Assembly (NCBI GenBank): GCA_965198225.1
Contig: CBDAOY010000009.1
Span: 1,152,001 to 1,216,000, forward strand
Direction: 5' to 3'
Origin: Terriglobia bacterium
Lineage (GTDB): Bacteria; Acidobacteriota; Terriglobia; 20CM-2-55-15
Length of the DNA stretch: 64,000 nucleotides
The notes beneath the pieces were generated by a model that saw only the letters and a program-made list of their open reading frames with translations, was not told the origin of the DNA and searched no databases. Shown one piece after another: positions 60,229 through 64,000 of this stretch (positions are counted from its first letter, which is position 1; every line of letters starts with the position of its first letter). The translations under genes were made by a program, and so were the position numbers.

Positions 60229-60480
60229 AAAAGGCTCTGCCTCCCTCTTGGTAGGTCCACCGGCTGGATCCGATTATGGCCTGACTTGGCGAACAATCGG
60301 ATCTCAGCTTGATGATTTTGAAAAAGGTGCCACGGTGTCGATCCGACCGAAATCCGGGCGGAGACCGGGGGGCAGGCGACTCCCAGGGTCGTTCCCGACG
60401 AGAGAATCAAAAATTACCAGATTTCATGGCGGCTGGCCAGAGACAAGTGGGGTGAGCGCGGAATTGAACGGACCAAAAAC

Positions 60481-60635
60481 CGGCCACGGATTGCACGGAT
60501 TTACCGGATTGGGAGTGGTCTTTCGGAGGACAGACCAGTGGCCTCGTCCTTCCGTGTAATCCGTGTAATCCGTGGCTTTCTGATACGGGTAATCGGTGGC
60601 CTACGGGTTGCACTGGCAAAACCGGCCACGGATCG
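60481..60635. repeat. 9-bp-period CACGGATT / AATCCGTG inverted repeat cluster
   Basis: CCACGGATTGCACGGATTTACCGGATT ... TCCGTGTAATCCGTGTAATCCGTGG; second CCGGCCACGGAT at about 60623. Confidence 0.65.
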
Positions 60636-60641
60636 ACCCAG

Positions 60642-61592
60642 TCACTGTCCCCGAATTACCTGCGCGTCCAGCTTCCGGACGAGCCCCAGTGCGGCCCGGT
60701 AGCTCAGCTCCATTGCCGCCGACTCGACACTCTCCGAGGTGTCGTTGGGTGTGTGAATCGTGGCTAGCACATTCGGTACAAAGCGCTCCGGAAAGATTCC
60801 CTCGGTATCGCTGTTCAAAAACAGCCACATTCGGTGAGCTTCCTCGGCGGGCAGGATCCCGATCGAGATGTTGGGGATGCCAGCCGCTTGGAAGCTGAGG
60901 TTGTCGCTTGGCGGGTATTGGTCGAACTCCAGGCAGTCGAGTCCTTCTTCCACACAGGTTTCCTTGAACATCCCATAGACTTCCGTGTTGCCCCCGCCCC
61001 CGGCGGGGCCGAACATCAGGGTATCGCCGTATCCGTTGACATCGAGGTTGACCGCGGCGGCGATTCGGTCGGACTCGTGTGCTTCGATGTACTTGGCTGA
61101 CCCGACCAGGCCGATCTCTTCCATATCGAAAAGAACGATCCGGATGCGGTGTCGAAGCCGGTCGTCCTTGAGGGTTTCGGCGATCCTGGCGAGCACGACC
61201 GATGAAGCGGCGTTGTCGACGGCGCCGCGGCTGAGCATCCCGTTCCGCAACCAGACGGCATCGTAATGGGCGCCGACCACGATGTCGCTTTCACCTTCGC
61301 CGAGCGTGACGACCAGGTTGGCGCCTTCGGTCCGCGGATAGTTTCCGCGAGGCTCGATCGTGAATGGCTCGAGTTCGAACGCCACCCCGCTTTCGGAGAG
61401 GATAGCCTCGAGAGCTTCGCGCCGGCCGACGTTGGAATCGACTTCCACTCTCCGGACGTCGTCGAGCATGGTGCTCAGTCGCGCCGGGTCCAGCGTTGCT
61501 CGAGGTGCGATGGCACCGTTGCGGCCGGCGCAGGCGGTGAACTGGATCGAAGTCAGCAGAGCAAGAACCAGAACCGGGTGTAGGGTTCTCAT
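60642..61592 (-). CDS. M28 family metallopeptidase, probable lipoprotein
   Basis: VVGAHYD, GAVDNAAS, FDMEEIGLVGS, NLD, SDNLSF, IHTPNDT. Confidence 0.9.
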   Translation of the reverse strand: MRTLHPVLVLALLTSIQFTACAGRNGAIAPRATLDPARLSTMLDDVRRVEVDSNVGRREALEAILSESGVAFELEPFTIEPRGNYPRTEGANLVVTLGEGESDIVVGAHYDAVWLRNGMLSRGAVDNAASSVVLARIAETLKDDRLRHRIRIVLFDMEEIGLVGSAKYIEAHESDRIAAAVNLDVNGYGDTLMFGPAGGGGNTEVYGMFKETCVEEGLDCLEFDQYPPSDNLSFQAAGIPNISIGILPAEEAHRMWLFLNSDTEGIFPERFVPNVLATIHTPNDTSESVESAAMELSYRAALGLVRKLDAQVIRGQ

Positions 61593-61755
61593 GGCGCTCC
61601 ATTCTAGCAAGCGTAGGTGCGGTCTATGACCGGAACCATTCACTTAGCGTCGGGCCCACCGTCCCGCTCAGCTGTTTGGTTTGGAGAGGGCGCCTGCAGC
61701 CTATCTAAACTGGCTATTTCGGGAGCGCCAACGCCGGACGGTCCCCCCCACGCCA

Positions 61756-61824
61756 GTGTAGGTGCGGTCTATGACCGCACATTCTTCGAACCGAGACATG
61801 TGCGCTCATAGAGCGCGCCTACAC
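61756..61824. repeat. GTAG-family REP doublet (plus a half copy at 61612-61632)
   Basis: Same consensus. Confidence 0.9.
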
Positions 61825-61902
61825 GTGATCCGAGTTTTCGGCTGCCGGGCGGCCATACACGTACAGTTCCGACGCCAAAGGTGTCAGAATAGACAGTATC
61901 CG

Positions 61903-62493
61903 ATGGAAACAGTCCTTCAATTGATGATGGGCGTCGGACTGGCGGCGTCGGCGGGCTTTCGGGCCTTCCTCCCCATGCTGGCGGTCGGTCTGCTGTCGCG
62001 CACCGGTTTTCTGGAACTGAATTCCTCCTTTGAGTTCCTCGCTCGGACGGACGTTCTGATCATAGTGGCGGTGGCCACCGTGGTCGAGTTCCTTGGTGAC
62101 AAAGTCCCGGTCGTCGACCACACGCTCGATGTGATCGGTACCGCCGCTCGTCCGATTGCCGGAACGTTGCTGGCGTCGTCGGTCTTGCTCGGGCTGGATC
62201 CTTTCCTGGCGACGCTGCTGGGCCTGGTAGCAGGCGGCGCGACCTCGCTGGCTGTGCACTCGGGCAAGGCCGTGGTTCGTGCGGGCAGTACGGCTGCCGC
62301 CCCGGTCCACGGGGGGTTGGGCAACACCCTGGTGTCGATTGCCGAGGATGTGGTCGCCCTGGTCGGGGTGGCGATATCGGTGGTCCTGCCTGCCCTCGCT
62401 TTTCTTCTGGCCGTTGGACTCGTCGTGGTTGGAATAGTGTTGCTGAAGAAGGGGTTCCGCGCCGGCCGCAGGATGTTCTCCGCGTCAGTCTAG
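61903..62493 (+). CDS. DUF4126 domain membrane protein
   Basis: GVGLAASAGFRAFLP, EFLGDKVPVVDH.LD, NTLVSIAED. Confidence 0.88.
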   Translation: METVLQLMMGVGLAASAGFRAFLPMLAVGLLSRTGFLELNSSFEFLARTDVLIIVAVATVVEFLGDKVPVVDHTLDVIGTAARPIAGTLLASSVLLGLDPFLATLLGLVAGGATSLAVHSGKAVVRAGSTAAAPVHGGLGNTLVSIAEDVVALVGVAISVVLPALAFLLAVGLVVVGIVLLKKGFRAGRRMFSASV

Positions 62494-62605
62494 GCTCACA
62501 TCGCGCATTCATTGCGACTCGCCGACCACATCGCGGTTCTATAATTCCGTCAACCGCAGTCTTTGCACCCTAACGTTTCTTAAGCAAAGCGCCGAAGAAT
62601 AGGGC

Positions 62606-62824
62606 ATGGGACGTTCAGACAAAACCGAAGCCGCAGCCGCCCTCATGGTCCTCCTCGGCGAAGACGCCGCGGCGGACGTTCTCAAGCATCTCGACGATGA
62701 GGAAGCTCAACAGGTCTCCAGTGCGATCGGCAGGGTCGAGGGCACGGCCGACCGATACGTCGAGAGCCTTGGGCAGTTGCTCGATCTCGCCGAAGAGCCT
62801 TCAGGCACGACCGTCGGATCTTAG
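62606..62824 (+). CDS. Small FliG N-terminal-domain-like protein or fragment
   Basis: AAALMVLLGEDAAADVLKHLDDEEAQQVSSAI resembles FliG_N (KAAILLxxLGExxAAxVLKHLxxxE). Confidence 0.55.
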   Translation: MGRSDKTEAAAALMVLLGEDAAADVLKHLDDEEAQQVSSAIGRVEGTADRYVESLGQLLDLAEEPSGTTVGS

Positions 62825-62833
62825 CCCGCTGTC

Positions 62834-62960
62834 TCAGACCAGCCCGAGACCGGGAATATCCCTACAGTCGGCGTCGTTCAACGTCCAAAAGCCGGCGTCG
62901 TGTGCGATCGCGCACGCGGCGATCGCCAGATCGAGTTCCCGACCCCGTGCACGTCGATCC
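62834..62960 (-). pseudogene. C-terminal remnant of a PIN/VapC toxin
   Basis: RARGRELDLAIAACAIAHDAGFWTLNDADCRDIPGL* matches the VapC DxxIAAxA...T.N..DF..IPGL pattern; no 5' part. Confidence 0.75.
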
Positions 62961-62975
62961 TTCCCCGAAATAAGG

Positions 62976-63049
<74 letters not shown>

Positions 63050-63239
63050 GTAGTTGAGATTGTAGCACTGCCTTGTTTTCACAACGCGGAGGGGCCGTGA
63101 GAGAGCCAATGTGAGGGGGACAGGGGCCTGGCACTGTTCCCGGGTTTTTGCTAAGCAGAAAAGTCAGAGAAGGCAAATGCGGGTGTCGGCTAGGTAGAAA
63201 GTGTGACGGGCCAACCCGGCCCCCCGTTCAGATTCTTCC

Positions 63240-64000
63240 TCAATCCACGGTCGAGTCCAGAACCTCCAGGACTCTTTCCAGACCCTTTTCCAGGTAGTCC
63301 CGGGGTGGCCCGAAGCCCAGCCGCAAGTAGCCGTCGAGCATGAACTGCTGGCCGGGCACGATCAGCGTCGATTTCTCGTCCTTCAGGCGGCGGGCGAGTT
63401 TGTAGGATTCGATCGGGTGCTTGTAGCGGATCATCGCGATTGCGGCTGCCTTAGGCTTCACGAACTCGAACATCCCGGGCCGCAGGGACATCCACTCCTC
63501 CACGAAGGGAAGGTTGCGGCCGATGAACTCCTGCGTGCGAGCCCGCAGTTTGTCTCGATTCTCCAGCGCGCGGCAGGCGATCGCGTCGGACAGGATGCAT
63601 GGACCGATGGAGGTGTAGTCTTTGTGTCCCCAGATTTTGGCGATCTGGTCTTCAGGACCGAGAACCCAGCCCAGGCGAGTCCCGGGCATTCCGTAGGCTT
63701 TCGACATGCTGTGTACGACAAGTGCCTTGGGGTAGAGGCCCCACATCGTCGGCGTCCTGTCTTTGGCACGCTCGGCGCCGCGGTAGACTTCGTCGGAGTG
63801 AATCCAACAGCCGACCTTGTCCGCGGCGGCTGCGATCGCTTTGAGGGTTTCCAGCCCGTAGGCGGCGCCGGTCGGATTGTTGGGGTTCGAAATCGAAATG
63901 AGCTTCGTTTTCGACCCCACCTTCGCCGCGATCTCGTCCGGATCCGGATTCCATTCGTTCTCCGCTCTGGTCCACACCGGGATGATTCTCGCGCCGAACG
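63240..64000 (-). CDS. PLP-dependent class I/II aminotransferase (5' end outside window)
   Basis: SNPNNPTG, SDEVY, SMSKAYGMPGTRLGW, LRLGFG. Confidence 0.92.
   Translation of the reverse strand, partial: FGARIIPVWTRAENEWNPDPDEIAAKVGSKTKLISISNPNNPTGAAYGLETLKAIAAAADKVGCWIHSDEVYRGAERAKDRTPTMWGLYPKALVVHSMSKAYGMPGTRLGWVLGPEDQIAKIWGHKDYTSIGPCILSDAIACRALENRDKLRARTQEFIGRNLPFVEEWMSLRPGMFEFVKPKAAAIAMIRYKHPIESYKLARRLKDEKSTLIVPGQQFMLDGYLRLGFGPPRDYLEKGLERVLEVLDSTVD

Noticed and set aside
58792-60312. Long antisense ORFs (for example 58792-60312, 17064-18425, 51977-53167, 32352-33506)
   Set aside because: Shadow frames opposite well-supported genes, expected in high-GC DNA

Overview
GC-rich bacterial chromosome segment. 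The gene content (Ser/Thr kinase-TolB propeller receptors, many PQQ/BamB-like propellers, DUF5916 proteins, Tat-exported enzymes) suggests Acidobacteriota; this is inference. 1-31 kb: housekeeping and envelope genes, including serC, hicAB, an aminotransferase, an acetamidase, a HemN-like radical SAM/thioesterase/halogenase-like operon, four PQQ-like propellers, tandem DUF5916 genes, a Tat alpha-hydroxy acid oxidase with a CxxCH motif, an M16 protease, a cytochrome c and an amidohydrolase, punctuated by GTAG-type REP doublets. About 31.3-51.6 kb: an accessory hotspot downstream of tRNA-Arg(CCG). It holds an att duplication (40503-40540 vs 51599-51636), paired arm-like repeats, a decayed tyrosine integrase, four IS elements (2 IS1182, 2 IS256), a patatin gene split by IS1182, a MITE-like hairpin family, and a translationally coupled array of mosaic Ser/Thr kinase receptors whose conserved leader/5' end recurs as orphan copies in front of unrelated genes. 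52-64 kb: APH-like kinase/CysC-like kinase/AmrS operon, Asp-box-MBL fusion, thiol dioxygenase + APC permease, a probable arginine synthetase (ArcE/CpgS-like), M28 peptidase, DUF4126, and tRNA-Arg(TCG) followed by a PIN-toxin remnant. No CRISPR array, rRNA or intact integrase was seen. All family assignments come from motif recognition by eye, not from database searches.
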